DNA of 32,000 bases from Candidatus Electrothrix yaqonensis (lineage in GTDB: Bacteria; Desulfobacterota; Desulfobulbia; Desulfobulbales; Desulfobulbaceae), in contig CP178758.1 of the NCBI GenBank assembly GCA_047651235.1, positions 570,001-602,000 of the forward strand. Reading direction: 5' to 3'. The position numbers were made by a program, and so were the translations under genes. Under the pieces are notes generated by a model, which ran no database searches, was not told where the DNA came from, and worked only from the letters and a program-made list of their open reading frames with translations. Shown piece by piece: positions 31,344 through 32,000 of the stretch (position 1 is the first letter of the stretch; each line of letters starts with the position of its first letter).

Positions 31344-32000
31344 ATGCTTCAGGAACTGCATGTCAATAATCTGGCCCTGATCAACCAGCTGGATCTGGAT
31401 TTTTCCGGGACAGGTACCGGCCTGATCGCCTTTACCGGCGAAACCGGGGCCGGGAAATCCATTATCCTGCAGGCCGTGCATCTGCTGACCGGCGGTCGGG
31501 CCTCGGCCTCATGGGTGCGCAATGACTGCAGTCAGGCGGTGATCCAGGCCCGGTTTGAGATCAGCGGCCAGGAGGAAATCATCGGGCTGCTCCGGGAACA
31601 CGGTCTTGAGCACGAAGAGGACTGCATTCTGCGCCGGATTGTCAGCAGCAAAGGCCGGAGCCGCATTTATATCAATGACCGTCCGGCCACCACCAGAACA
31701 GCAGGAGAGCTGGCAGAATATCTGGTCAATATCGCCAGCCAGCACGATCAGCAGCTTCTGCTCAGGAGCAGCAGCCATATTGATTTTCTGGACAGTTATG
31801 GCGAACTGCTGAGCCAGCGGGATCAGTACCGGCAGGTGTACAGCCGCTGGCGGGCTCTGTGCCGCCGTCTGCGGGAGCTGCATACCCGGGAGCAGGACCG
31901 GGAGCAGCGGCATGATTTCCTCGGGTTTCAGCTGAAGGAAATCCGGGAGGCTGCTCCGCTGCCGGGCGAAGACGAAGAGCTGGTCAAAGAGCGCGACCTG
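31344..32000 (+). CDS. recN: DNA repair protein RecN (N-terminal part; continues beyond the window)
   Basis: ATG at 31344, with the frame open to the window end. MLQELHVNNLALINQLDLDF...GLIAFTGETGAGKSIILQAVHLLTGGRA is the canonical RecN N-terminus. Confidence 0.92.
   Translation, partial: MLQELHVNNLALINQLDLDFSGTGTGLIAFTGETGAGKSIILQAVHLLTGGRASASWVRNDCSQAVIQARFEISGQEEIIGLLREHGLEHEEDCILRRIVSSKGRSRIYINDRPATTRTAGELAEYLVNIASQHDQQLLLRSSSHIDFLDSYGELLSQRDQYRQVYSRWRALCRRLRELHTREQDREQRHDFLGFQLKEIREAAPLPGEDEELVKERDL

Overview
This looks like a chromosomal window from a moderately GC-rich Gram-negative bacterium. Gene content (WaaA, DUF748/AsmA-like, LivF, ModBC, PurF, RecN, Nnr) fits a Desulfobacterota/deltaproteobacterial-type genome, but taxonomy cannot be proven from this sequence. 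Housekeeping genes are interleaved with four accessory or conflict-type modules. (i) 6.1-10.5 kb holds a three-gene cassette: a secreted Cys-containing protein, a multi-TM protein, and a signal-peptide-bearing TPR/coiled-coil/CHAT caspase-fold protein with an intact His/Cys dyad. (ii) 10.5-12.4 kb holds an orphan UPF0175 antitoxin-like gene, a possible eroded PIN-like remnant, and an AAA-ATPase/PD-(D/E)XK-type protein. (iii) 20.6-24.15 kb holds a decayed amidohydrolase followed by a visibly AT-rich islet. The islet carries a 4-TM protein, a broken hicB, a palindrome/direct-repeat cluster, and a candidate HEPN (RNNIEH) protein with three zinc ribbons. It abuts modB, and no modA is present in the window. 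(iv) 27.7-29.75 kb is the most interesting locus. A small N-terminally hydrophobic protein is translationally coupled to an NB-ARC STAND NTPase. The C-terminus of the first and the N-terminus of the second share a ~21-aa G/N/S-rich motif, which is the architecture of NLR/Bell amyloid-signalling cell-death modules. The NTPase has no repeat-type sensor domain and its 3' tail is AT-rich. Downstream lie a phased 21-bp repeat array and a Uma2 endonuclease gene. I recognised no rRNA, bona fide tRNA, CRISPR array, transposase or integrase. All homology statements rest on motif recognition by eye, not on database searches.
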